A DNA stretch of 64,000 nucleotides from the NCBI RefSeq assembly GCF_963921235.1, contig NC_086108.1, positions 108,440,001 through 108,504,000 on the forward strand. The letters run 5' to 3'. Origin of the DNA: Mobula hypostoma. Its lineage: Eukaryota. The notes beneath the pieces were generated by a model. That model ran no database searches and had not been told where the DNA came from. It saw nothing but the letters and a program-made list of their open reading frames with translations. Within the stretch, counting starts at the first letter, position 1. The number at the start of each line of letters is the position of its first letter. Shown here in pieces: positions 1 through 11,363 of this stretch. A program made the translations under genes and the position numbers.

Positions 1-516
1 TTGCTTGGAGGACAACCCTTTCTGTGTTTGCCGTGCCTGACCACCCTTTCCTCCTCACCACCTGTCATCCCCTGCTTTCCATCACCATGTCTCGTCGCTG
101 GAGGCTGTGTCATCATCCTTGCCTGCTGCTTTTGGATTGGTCTGTCCATCTGGCGCTCGTCCTTTGTGGGTGCTGCATTTTCTCCCTTCTGTACCCTTCC
201 CACCCCTGAGCCCCAAACCTCCCTGAGTTGGCTTTTAAGGTACTTCAGGACAAGGTGGGTTCTTGTAGCGGATTGGCTCGAACACCCAGTGGGATGGGGG
301 TTGAGCGGATGGTGTGGGGAAGCAGGACCATGCTTCAACGTGGCCAAAGCCGCCTTGGCCGTTTTGTCCTGGATTACGTTAAAAGGGTTGATTTTTTTTC
401 TCCCCCCTTCCCCAGAAGGTTACTCTGTAGGTGGAAGTTCAGGTAGAGATGGACTGCTAATTGCTATGTGTTTTTCGCTACTTCCCCTTTGATTCCCCCC
501 CCCCCTCCCTCCCCAG

Positions 517-1259
517 GGCCTTCACTGAACAACGGACGGGACGCAAGCACAATGGACACCCTACCACTTAACGGCAACTTCAACAACAGCTACTCCATCC
601 AAAACGGGGACTTCGGCAACGAGAGCGTCCAGGCGCTGGACTGCGGACTGAGCCTGGGGGACACAGCCTTCGAGAAGATGATTATCTCTGAGCTGGTGCA
701 CAACAATCTGAGGGCCGGGGGGCTCAAGGCCCACCACCCCGAGCGCGGCTTGCCCTCCAAGGCGGCGGCCCCTCCAGTGGGGGGGAGCAGCAGTGAGGAC
801 GACGCCATCGTGGCCGACGCCTCGTCCCTGGCGGCCGGCGAGCCCAGGCAACCAGAGCTGGAGGCGCCGCTCATCCCCCAGCGCACTCACTCCCTCCTGT
901 ACCACCAGCAGAAAGGAGAACAGCCGCGGACTGAGCCAGCCTTCGTCGCTGGCCCCGACGAGCCTTTGCCGTCACCCAACAGAGACTCCCTGTACACAAG
1001 CATGCCCAACCTGAGGGACTCACCGGACCCAGAGAACAGCCCGGGGCCTGAGGAGGACTTGTCACCTTCCAAGAGGAGCGAGAATGAGGACCTTTATTAC
1101 AAGAGTATGCCCAACTTGGGTGGGGTGAACCAGCTCCAAACGTACTATCAGATCAGCCGGGGCAACAGCGACGGATATATTATCCCCGTTAACAAGGAGG
1201 AATCCATCCCGGAGGGGGATGTGCGGGAACGACAAATGCAATTGATCACCAGTCTGTGA
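517..1259 (+). CDS. ADGRL2: Terminal coding exon of a latrophilin adhesion GPCR (ADGRL2/LPHN2-like), cytoplasmic tail
   Basis: Translation contains [104 protein letters not shown] and C-terminal QMQLITSL*. These blocks match ADGRL2 better than ADGRL1/3. Polypyrimidine tract and acceptor AG at 515-516 (phase 1), CTAAT branch-like motif near 457, stop TGA 1257-1259. Confidence 0.92.
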
Positions 1260-1289
1260 AATGAAGCGCTCAAAGACTCAGTGAGACAA

Positions 1290-1298
1290 AAACACACC

Positions 1299-1338
<40 letters not shown>
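1290..1338. repeat. (CA)n microsatellite
   Basis: Direct CA run. Confidence 0.95.
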
Positions 1339-1340
<2 letters not shown>

Positions 1341-2080
1341 AAAACTAATGGACCTCTTCAGATGCCGGACTTGTGCTTGTTATATGGGTGTACGTGGAAA
1401 GGAATGCTGGGTCCTGTGGGAGGACGTCTGTGAGGCAAAGGACTCAGCGCAGAAATTGGTGTCCCGCCGCAAGTGAGACCAGGCACGCAGGTTGCTGCCC
1501 CAGCTCGTCTGGTGCGAGAGCCAGTCTAGGCAGCCATTTTGAAAACGGTTTCCTAGTTGTGTATATAGTTGCACCTTGCTTTCCTCTTGTTCCCTCCCAA
1601 CCCCTCCCCATACCTCACTCCTGACCCATCCTACAACCAAAGCCGGACTCCAGGCTCAACCACGAGGGACAGGTCTCCAACTTTGCGAAGGTTGTCTACA
1701 GTACTGTTAGTGCTCACAGGGGGGCTCCGCCAAGGGCAGGGGAGGGCCTCAGCCGGCCTTAGGAGGCATGGCTTCTCCATTCTTTGGACGAGTCTCTGCA
1801 CCTCACATCTGCTCAGCTGTATAGCTATCTGTTCTCACTGAGAAACGGCTAAAGAAGATATATTTTGTTGTAATGCTAGTGTAAAATAAAGCAAATACGT
1901 TGTCAGACCTAAATATAAGAGAATTTTAAACGGAATACATTTGATGAAAATATTATGTGAATCTCCCAGTTGCACATATGATGAAATGTGGGGGGTTTGT
2001 TTTGGAAGTTGTCCATTGTGCAGATTAAGCCAAAAGTCTTTCAATTTTTTAATTGCATTACTAGCCTTTGTAAGAAAGGT

Positions 2081-2200
2081 TTCTCTCTCTTTCACTTTCT
2101 CCCCTCTCCCTCCCCCCTCCCTCTCTCACTCTTTCTTCCTCTCTACCTCTCTCTCCCTCCCTCTCTCCTCATTTTCTCTCCCACTCTCTCTTGCCCCCTC
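2081..2200. repeat. CT-rich low-complexity tract
   Basis: Almost pure pyrimidine run. Confidence 0.85.
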
Positions 2201-2743
2201 TAATGAATTGCCTTTAATGATATATTCATTAGCCAAATGAGTTTTGTCCTTCTAATCTTTGCCGACATAGCTGAGTTGCCCCCATCGGTTTCAATGCGCT
2301 GCGATATGGTTCCCTTTGTTTTAATGTATTATACTTGATAGGGAGGGCAGGGAGGGGGGGTGGTTTTGTGGGGAGTGGGTTGAAAGGCACTTGAATTAAT
2401 GTCATGCCAACCTGATCCAGCCAATCAGAGGAGGAGGTTGACCCTCTCGGACCATCAGCGTTAACTCTGCAAAGATTCATTCCTCCTAAAGCCCTCAAGA
2501 GTTTATTTATTTACCAAGGTCTGCGAATCAGGATTTGACCCCTCCCAGGAAATATATAGTTCAAGAATATCGATTTTGTGTACTCCCTGTTAATAATGGG
2601 ACCCTTGCCACTAATCTCTGATGTAAAGTTTAACACTTCTTTGACAGTAAATAAATGTGACAATTTTGCAGATAACACAAGAGAGACAAGTGTTTTTCTT
2701 TCATGTATTGGTTTTCTCCTATCTCGAAATACTACTCACATCA

Positions 2744-3083
2744 AGTCACAGGTCCTTCCAAGGTTTGAGACCAAGTGTCAGCCCTTCACAGACAGACACA
2801 CCTCCCAGCTAACAGCCAAATTCTGCCACTTGTTCCAACTCATCACCTATTTAAACCCAGCTCTCATCCACAGTCCTTTGTTTACTCATCAAACCAGTCA
2901 GCCGCACCAGTTGCTCCTTGCCTTCAGTTATCTTGTGGCCTTGTCGCGTTAAGCATCCATTCTCTCTTGTTTTGTGACCCCTCGTGGTTTGTTACTTTGC
3001 AGTTTATTATTGAAGTGACCGCTCACTGCGGAATCACCCCTGCTGCACTGCGTTTGGGTCAAGCCTCCCCTACATTTCTTGGC
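2744..3083 (+). mobile_element. Solo-LTR-like repeat, related to 5534-5882
   Basis: Shares blocks with 5534-5882 (ctcatcacct, cacagtcctt, actcatcaaa, tttgggtcaagcct). TATA-like and polyA-like motifs. No clear TSD. Confidence 0.5.
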
Positions 3084-3189
3084 ACCAAGACTACTAGGCG
3101 GGCTGAGGGTCTGTCACTATCATCAATGGTGTTTTCCAGCCAAGAATTTAAACCCAGACTCTGTCAGGTAAACATTCAGAAAAAAAAAC

Positions 3190-4138
3190 TTGCAAATTTT
3201 GCTAAGGAGTTGGAAAGAGTGTAGAGGGGATTCATGAGGATGCTGCTAGGGCTCGAGGGACTGAGTTGTGAAGGGAGTCTGAACAGAACATTCGGCATTA
3301 TAGCACAGTACAGGGCCTTCAGCCTACAATGTTCTGCCAACATTTTAACCACTAAGATCAATCTAGCCCTTCCCTTCCACAAAGCCTTCCATTTTTCTAT
3401 CATCCGTGGCTATTTAAGAGTCTATTAAATATCCCCAATGTATCTGCCTCTACCACCAACCCTGGCAGTGTATTCCACGTACACTCCGCTCTGTGTGAAA
3501 ATCATACCTCTCGCAACCCCCCCCCCATACTTTTCCTCCAGTCACCTTAAAATTATGAAGAGTTTGGGACTTTTTTTTCTATTGGAGTGTAGGAGACTGA
3601 AGGGTGGGCTTATAAAGGTGTATAAAATTAGGGGCTTGGATAGGGTCACTGCACAGGGTCTTTTCCCTAGAGCTGGGGAATCAAGAACCAGACAGCATTC
3701 GTTTAAGATGAGACAGGAGGAATTTAATTGGAACCCAAGGGACTATTTTGTTACCTAGATGGTGGTCCCAAATGTTAGAAGACCTGAAAAGGTTAGATAT
3801 GGCAAAGTTATTTCCCATGGTAGGAGATCCTAGGACAAGAGGGCACGACTTCAAGATTGAAGGATGTCTACTTAGAACAGAAATGCAGAGAAATTACTTT
3901 AGTCAGAGGGTGGTAAATCTGTGGAATTTGTTGCCACGAGCGGCTGTGGAGGCCAAGTCATTGGGTGCATTTAAAGCAGAGATAGATAAGTTCTTGATTA
4001 ACCAGGGCATCAAATGGTATGGGGTGAAGGCAGGAGAGTGGGGATGACTGAAAGAATTGGATCAGCCCGTAATTGAATAGCGGAGCAGGCTCAATGGGCC
4101 AAATGGCCTACTTCTGCTCCTATATCTTATGGTCTTAT
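3190..4138. mobile_element. Cluster of CR1 LINE 3' fragments in both orientations
   Basis: RRLKGGLIKVYKI and TRGH...FSQRVVNLWNLLP C-terminal CR1 ORF2 motifs; tcttatgg-type tail near 4125-4138. Confidence 0.8.
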
Positions 4139-5377
4139 ATATAGAAACATAGAAAATAGGTGCAGGAGTAGGCCATTCGGCCCTTCGAGCCTGCACCGCC
4201 ATTTATTATGATCATGGCTGATCATCCAACTCAGAACCCAGCCTTCCCTCCATACCCCCTGACCCCTGTAGCCACAAGGGCCATATCTAACTCCCTCTTA
4301 AACATAGCCAATGAACTGGCCTCAACAGTTTGCTGTGGCAGAGAATTCCACAGATTCACCACTCTCTGTGTGAAGAAGTTTTTCCTAATCTCGGTCCTAA
4401 AAGGCTTCCCCTCTATCCTCAAACTGTGACCCCTCGTTCTGGACCTCCCCAACATCGGGAACAATCTTCCCGCATCTAGCCTGTCCAATTCCTTTAGGAT
4501 CTTATACGTTTCAATCAGATCCCCCCTCAATCTTCTAAATTCCAACGAGTACAAGCCCAGTTCATCCAGTCTTTCTTCATATGAAAGACCTGCCATCCCA
4601 GGAATCAATCTGGTGAACCTTCTTTGTACTCCCTCTATGGCAAAGATGTCTTTCCTCAGATTAGGGGACCAAAACTGCACACAATACTCCAGGTGTGGTC
4701 TCACCAAGGCCTTGTACAACTGCAGTAGTACCTCCCTGCTCCTGTACTCGAATCGTCTCGCTATAAATGCCAGCATACCATTCGCCTTTTTCACCGCCTG
4801 CTGTACCTGCATGCCCACTTTCAATGACTGGTGTATAATGACACCCAGGTCTCGTTGCACCTCCCCTTTTCCTAATCGGCCACCATTCAGATAATAATCT
4901 GTTTTCCTATTTTTGCCACCAAAGTGGATAACTTCACATTTATCCACATTAAATTGCATCTGCCATGAATTTGCCCACTCACCCAACCTATCCAAGTCAC
5001 CCTGCATCCTCTTAGCATCCTCCTCACTGCTAACACTGCCACCCAGCTTCGTGTCATCCGCAAACTTGGAGATGCTGCATTTAATTCCCTCATCCAAGTC
5101 ATTAATATATATTGTAAACAACTGGGGTCCCAGCACTGGAGCCTTGCGGTACCCCACTAGTCACCGCCTGCCATTCTGAAAAGGTCCCGTTTATTCCTAC
5201 TCTTTGCTTCCTGTCTGCTAACCAATTCTCCACCCACACCAATACCTTACCCCCAATACCGTGTGCTTTAAGTTTGCACACTAATCTCCTGTGTGGGACC
5301 TTGTCAAAAGCCTTTTGAAAATCCAAATATACCACATCCACTGGTTCTCCCCTATCCACTCTACTAGTTACATCCTC
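4139..5377 (-). mobile_element. Young 5'-truncated CR1 LINE (RT domain to 3' UTR), one frameshift
   Basis: [48 protein letters not shown]; ttctatgt tail at 4140-4158. Confidence 0.93.
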
Positions 5378-5533
5378 ATTATGGAATTAGGCGTCAGAGG
5401 AAGTGGTTGTAACAGGTACATTTAAAAGTATGTTCAGAGGGATATGGATGAAATACAGACAAATAGAGCTAGCTAGCATGGCATGGACTGAAGAGCAAGT
5501 TTCTATGCTGTATGGCTCTTGAGTTTCACCTAA

Positions 5534-5882
5534 TGTCCTGGTCACTGTTCATTCTTCCTACTCAAACAGATTGTCAGGTTCCGGTTGACCCCCACCAATC
5601 TCCACCCAACCAACAGGGTTCACCTGCTGCTCATCCCAGACTCATCACCTGCAGCCTGTTTAACCCCAGTTCTCAGTCACAGTCCTTGTTCACTCATCAA
5701 AGTAGCCGTCACAACCAGTTGCCCTCAGCCCTCATTCTCCCCACCGTGTTTACCTTGTGCTCTCTTGTTTTATGGGTCCGAGTGGCTCATTATTTTGTGG
5801 TCTACTATTAAAGTTACCATTCACTGCTGAATGATCTCTGCTGCTCTGCTTTTGGGTCAAGCCTGCCCTACGCTTCCTGACG
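5534..5882 (+). mobile_element. Solo-LTR-like repeat
   Basis: Starts TGTC, ends near TGACG, contains ATTAAA; similar to 2744-3083. Confidence 0.5.
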
Positions 5883-6189
5883 CAGATTTCCTTAAGCGGC
5901 TCTTCTGGTCACTATTGCAGTTAATGGGAAGTTGCACACAATAATTTCCGAGAGTACAGTGTTTTTAGTGGGTGTGCTGAGTCCACAGAAGGCGGGACCA
6001 AATCCAAGTTCTTAGCATAATATAATGCAAGTCTTAAGGTCTTCAAAAGGCATTGGAAATATATAGGTTCTTGAGTAGCAAAGGGGTGAAAGGTTACTGA
6101 GGGAATACTGAATTGATTGCAATCCAATCAGCCATAATTTTCTTAAATGAGTGAACAAGTTTGGGGGCCTGCTCCTGCATCTAATTCTA

Positions 6190-6602
6190 TGTACTGTCTT
6201 TCTCCCAATGGGCATCACTGGCATGAGGCTACCCACTGTCAAGGACATGGAAAAAGGCCAGTAACAACATGAAAGATCCCACCCACCCTGCTCATGGACT
6301 ACTTGTCCCACTCCCATCAGAGAGGAGGCTACGTAGCATCCATGCCAGGGTAACCAGACTCAAAAACAATTACTTTCCCCAAGCAGTGAGGTTGATCAAC
6401 ACCTCCACTCACCAACCCACCCCTCACACCACCAGCCACCACTACTTTATCATTTCCTGTCAGTCACCTTATGCACTGATATGGACATCCAATTAATCTA
6501 TGTATATTAGCTATCTATATATTTATGATGGTTATTTAATTATTATTGTGTTCTTTACCATATGGTGCTTTTTACATACTGCATCAGATCTGGAGTACAA
6601 TT
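6190..6602 (+). mobile_element. Rex1/Babar-type LINE 3' fragment
   Basis: KDPTHPAHGLLVPLPSERRLRSIHARVTRLKNNYFPQAVRLIN is the typical Rex1/Babar ORF C-terminus. Confidence 0.75.
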
Positions 6603-6855
6603 ATTTATTTACGTATGGAGATACAGTGGAGGATAGGCATTCTGGCCCTTCGAACCATAGTGCCCAACAACCCTTGATTTAACTCTAGCCTCGAACAATT
6701 TACAATGAATTTCGACTTGGGAGGAAACCAGAGCACCCGGAGGAAACCCACACAGTCATGGGGAGAACGTACAAACTCCTTGCAGGCAGCGGCGGGAAAT
6801 GCAGGTCGCCGGTCCTGTAAAGCGTTGTGCTAACCACTACGCTACCATGACACCC
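6603..6855 (-). mobile_element. tRNA-derived SINE with V-SINE-like central domain; further copies near 17460-17770, 22900-23330, 39425-39720, 42090-42350, 55945-56190, 60530-60740
   Basis: Minus strand reads ggtagcgtagtggttagcacaacgc (A-box-like), then tgtacgttctccccatgactgtgtgggtttcctccgggtgctctggtttcctccc. Confidence 0.75.
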
Positions 6856-7531
6856 TACTAGGCGACCGTTATTTCATTCTCCTTTACACTTCTGTACTGG
6901 AAATGACATTAAGCAATAGTCAATCTTGAAATGGTCTTGCTGACAAAGGCACCTGGGTCAAACAGCATGGAAGTAAGCCCTTTGGCAAAACTGGTCCATG
7001 CCAGTCAAACTGCCCGTGTGAGCAAGTCCCATTTGACCCATATCCCTCGAAAACATTCCTATCCATATACTCAATGGTGGGGAGGCAATAACCCTCACTT
7101 CGAGGACAACCTCAAGAAAGCAGCATTCATCATCCGAAATGTGCCTTACTTTCATTAGTACCACAGGGAGGAGGTATAGTAGCCTAAAGATCCACACTCA
7201 GTGATTCAGAGACAGATTCACCCCTTCTGTTAGATTTCCAAATGCTCCACGAATCCATGAACACTACCACACAATTCATTTATTTTTGCACCACTTATTT
7301 TTGTTATTTATATTAATTTATTCCTTTGCACTCTACTACCTGCCAGGAGTCAATAAATTACAAGTCAGAAATGACAGTATTAGGAAACCTGATTATGATT
7401 CTTATCCCAAAAGCATTTTTTTAATGATTGAATTGATGTTATTATTGGCACACGTATTGAGAGACAGTGGAAAGTTTCTCTCATTCATACAGATTAGATC
7501 GTTACACGATGCATTGAGGTAGGACAAGGTA

Positions 7532-8094
7532 ATGATGCAGCTCTATAAAACTCTGGTTAGGCCACACTTGGAGTACTGTGTCCAGTTCTGGTTGCCTCAC
7601 TATAGGAAGGATGTGGAAGCATTGGAAAGGGTACAGAGGAGATTTACCAGGATGCTGCCTGGTTTAGAAAGTATGCATTATGATCAGAGATTAAGGGAGC
7701 TAGGGCTTTACTCTTTGGAGAGAAGGAGGATGAGAGGAGACATGATAAAGGTGTACAAGATAATAAGAGGAATAGATAGAGTGGATAGCCAGCGCCTCTT
7801 CCCCAGGGCACCACTGCTCAATACAAGAGGACATGGCTTTAAGGTAAGGGGTGGGAAGTTCAAGGGGGATATTAGAGGAAGGTTTTTTTTTACTCATAGA
7901 GAGTGGTTGGTGCGTGGAATGCACTGCCTGAGTCAGTGGTGGAGGCAGATACACTAGTGAAGTTTAAGAGACTACTAGACAGGTATATGGAGGAACTTAA
8001 GGTGGGGGCTTATATGGGAGGCAAGGTTTGAGGGTCGGCACAACATTGTGGGCCGAAGGGCCTGTATAGTGCTGTACTATTCTATGTCTATGTT
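7532..8094 (+). mobile_element. CR1 LINE 3' fragment
   Basis: LYKTLVRPHLEYCVQFWLPHYRKD...ERVQRRFTRMLPGL; tctatg tail. Confidence 0.9.
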
Positions 8095-9285
8095 AAAGAA
8101 ATAGCACTACGCAGAATAAAGTGTAACAGCTACAGAGAAAGTGCGGTGTGGAATAACAAGGAAATGCAAAATCATAATGAGGTAGATTGTGAGGTCAAGA
8201 ATCCAGTTTATTTTATGAGAGGTTCAGTCAAGAGTCTGGCAACAGTGGGGTAGAAGCCGTCTTTGAACCTGGTGTTACGTGCTCTCAGGCTTTTGTATCT
8301 TCTGCCCAGTGGGAGGGGTGAGAACAGAGTGGTCAATAAAGAATCATTCTCTGCACATTTGTGTTAGGAATGCCCAACTGAGCTAATCCCTTCTGCCTAC
8401 ATAAAGTACTGGAATTGGTTAATTATTGTCACACACAGAGACAGTGAAAAGCTCATCTTGCATACAGATCAAATCATTGAGGTGGAACATGGTAAAACCA
8501 TAACAATGCAGAATAAAGTGTCGCAGCTACAGGGAAAGAGCAGTGTAGGTAAAGGAGGAAGTGCAAGATCATAATGAGGTAGATTGTGAGGTCAACAGTC
8601 CATTTATCTTACGAGAGATCCACAGTCTGACAACCAGTGGGTTGGAAGCTGTCCTTGAACATTAAGGTGCAAGATGGTTAGGAGTCCAATTTACCATAGT
8701 AAGAAACTGTCCAATAATCTTTTAATAACAGGGTAGAAACTGGTCTTCTGCCTAATGGTACACGCTTTCAGGCTTTTGTGTCTTCTGCCTGATGGGAAAG
8801 AGGAGAAGAGAGACTGTCTGGTGCGGGTGGGGTCTTTGATATGCTGGCTGCTTTACTGAGACATTGAGAAGTGTAGATGATCCAGAAAGGAGAGGCTGGT
8901 TTCCGCAATGTGCTACGATGCGTCCACAATTCTCTGCAGTTTCTTGAGGTCACATGCAAAGCAGTTGCTAAACCAAGCCGCTATGCATCCAGATAGGATA
9001 CTTTCTATGGTGCTTTTGCAAAAATTGTTAAGTGTTGACAGGGACTTGGGATTGATTCATTATTGTCACATGTACTGAGATACTCTACAGTGAATAGCTT
9101 GTACATACAGTTCACACAGATCAGATCATTACAGTGCATTGAGGTAGAACAAGCTAAACAATATGCAGAATAAAATAATTATCTATAGAGAAATTGCACA
9201 ATAAGGTGCAAGATCATAATGAGGTTGATTATGGAGTCAAGGGCTCATGTTATTATAATAGGGAACTATTCAATAGTCTTGTTAT
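8095..9285 (-). mobile_element. Several Rex1/Babar-type LINE 3' ends in the same orientation
   Basis: Three copies of gcagaataaa...atcataatgaggt(a/t)gatt. Minus-strand remnants at 8770-9000 resemble the Rex1 ORF end. Confidence 0.6.
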
Positions 9286-10050
9286 CGTACCTGCCTCAAT
9301 GACTTCCTCCGACAGATTCTATATACTTGACATTCTCTGGGTGAAAAAGTTTCCCCTCAGCTCCCATTTAGTTCTTTCTCCTCTCACCTTGAACCCATGA
9401 AGTGAAACCCTCCAGCCTTTTGTTCTCTTTCCCTGCAGAGAAGGTTGTCTTCTGGTCCCCAAACCAAATGGGCCACAGTCAGGAGGAGGAAAGCCAGAAG
9501 CTGGTTCCGTCACGTGTCCCAGCAGCGTCAACAACACATTCATCCAACAGCTGTAATGATTAAACATAGGACACCACAGTCAGTGTAGGCCTCTCAGCTC
9601 ACGATGTTGTGCTAACCTTTTAACTTACTCCAAGATCAATCTGGCTCATCCCTCCCACATAGCCTCCATTTCTCTTTCATTCATGTGTCTATCTAAAACC
9701 CTCCTACATGCCTCCAATGTATCTGCCTCTACAACCGTGCATGGCAAACATTCCATGCCACACGCCCACCATTCTCTGAAGTCCCTACTATACTTTCCTC
9801 CAATCACCTTCAGAATAAGGCACACATCTGCCTCTTCGTCGATTTTAAGTAGATTTTGCCCCATTTAAGCCCAATGAAAGATAGGTGCATTGAATTCAAA
9901 CCAGAATCGGGTTTATTATCAATGACATAACATGTGTCATGAAATTTCTCTTTCTTTGCAGCAGCAGTACAGTGTTATGCCTATAATAAATCATTTATCA
10001 ACATTACTACATGCTGTGTTGTATGATGTGGGTGATCATGGTCTTTGACC

Positions 10051-11363
10051 AACACACATCAAAGTTGCTGGTGAACGCAGCAGGCCGGGCAGCATCTCTA
10101 GGAAGAGGTACAGTCGACGTTTCAGGCCGAGACCCTTTGTCAGGACTAATTGAAAGAAGAGCTAGTAAGAGATTTGAAAGTAGGAGGGGGAAGGGGAGAT
10201 CCGAAATGATAGGAGAAGACAGGAGGGGGAGGGATGGAGCCAACAGCTGGACAGGTGATTGGCAAAGGGGATATGAGAGGATCATGGGACAGGAGGTCCG
10301 AGGAGAAAGACCGGGGGGGGGGGGGAACCCAGAGGATGGACAAGAGGTATAGTCAGAGGGAGAAAAAGGAGAGTGAGAGAAAGAATTTGTGTATAAAAAT
10401 AAATAACAGATGGGGTACGAGGGAGAGGTGGGGCATTAGCGAAAGTTAGAGAAGTCAATGTTCATGCCATCAGGTTGGAGGCTACCCAGATGGAATATAA
10501 GGTGTTGTTCCTCCAACCTGAGTGTGGCTTCATCTTTACAGTAGAGGAGGCCGGGGATAGACATGTCAGAATGGGAATGGGATGTGGAATTAAAATGTGT
10601 GGCCACTGGGAGATCCTGCCTTCTCTGGCGGACAGAGCGTAGGTGTTCAGCAAAACGATCTCCCAGTCTGCGTCGGGTCTCACCAATAAATAGACGGCCA
10701 CATCGGGAGCACCAGACACAGTATATCACCCCAGCTGACTCACAGGTGAAGTGTCGCCTCACCTGGAAGGACTGTCTAGGGCCCTGAATGGTGGTGAGGG
10801 AGGAAGTGTAGGGGCATGTCTAGCACTTGTTCCGCTTACTGTAAAGATGAAGCCACACTCAGGTTGGAGGAACAACACCTTATATTCCGTCTGGGTAGCC
10901 TCCAACCTGATAGCATGAACATTGACTTCTCTAACTTCCGCTAATGCTCCACCTCCCCCTTGTACCCCATCCGTTATTTATTTTCATACACAAATTCTTT
11001 CTCTCACTCTCCTTTTTCTCTCTCTGTCCCTCCGACTATACCCCTTGCCCATCCTCTGGGTTCCCCCCCCCCCAATCTTTCTCCCTGGACCTCCTGTCCC
11101 ATGATCCCCTCATATCCCCTTTGCCAATCACCCGTCCAGCTCTTGGCTCCATCCCTCCCCCTCCTGTCTTCTCCTATCATTTTGGATCTCCCCTTCCCAC
11201 TTTTAAATCTCTTACTAGCTCCTTTCAGTTCGTCCTGATGAAGGGTCTCGGCCCGAAACGTCGACTGTACCTCTTCCTAGAGATGCTGCCTGGCCTGCTG
11301 CGTTCACCAGCAACTTTGATGTGTGTTGCTTGAATTTCCAGCACCTGCAGAATTCCTGTTGTT
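10051..11363. mobile_element. Penelope-like element as an inverted pair (minus arm 10051-~10838, plus arm ~10839-11363) with 13-bp TSD
   Basis: GIY-YIG endonuclease remnant FTCESAGVIYCVWCSRCGRLFIGETRRRLGDRFAEH. Arms are reverse complements. TSD atggtctttgacc at 10038-10050 and 11364-11376. Confidence 0.92.
11232..11265 (+). ncRNA. Minimal type I hammerhead ribozyme motif in a PLE terminal repeat
   Basis: GUC-CUGAUGA-A-GGGU(CUCG)GCCC-GAAA-C-GUC-GAC: intact core, stem I GUC/GAC, stem II, palindromic ACGU in place of stem III. Confidence 0.8.

Larger units (their letters stand above)
1260..2690 (+). other. 3' UTR of the latrophilin gene with polyadenylation signals
   Basis: Repeat-poor sequence after the stop. 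AATAAA at 1885-1890 and 2650-2655, the second followed by a U/GU-rich tract near 2690. Exact end uncertain. Confidence 0.6.

Noticed and set aside
1..492. 163-aa hydrophobic ORF
   Set aside because: Pyrimidine-rich intron with no recognisable domain; only the microexon candidates were retained
468..516. N-terminal part of the 263-aa ORF as a gene start
   Set aside because: It is the intronic polypyrimidine tract; latrophilin homology begins after the AG at 515-516
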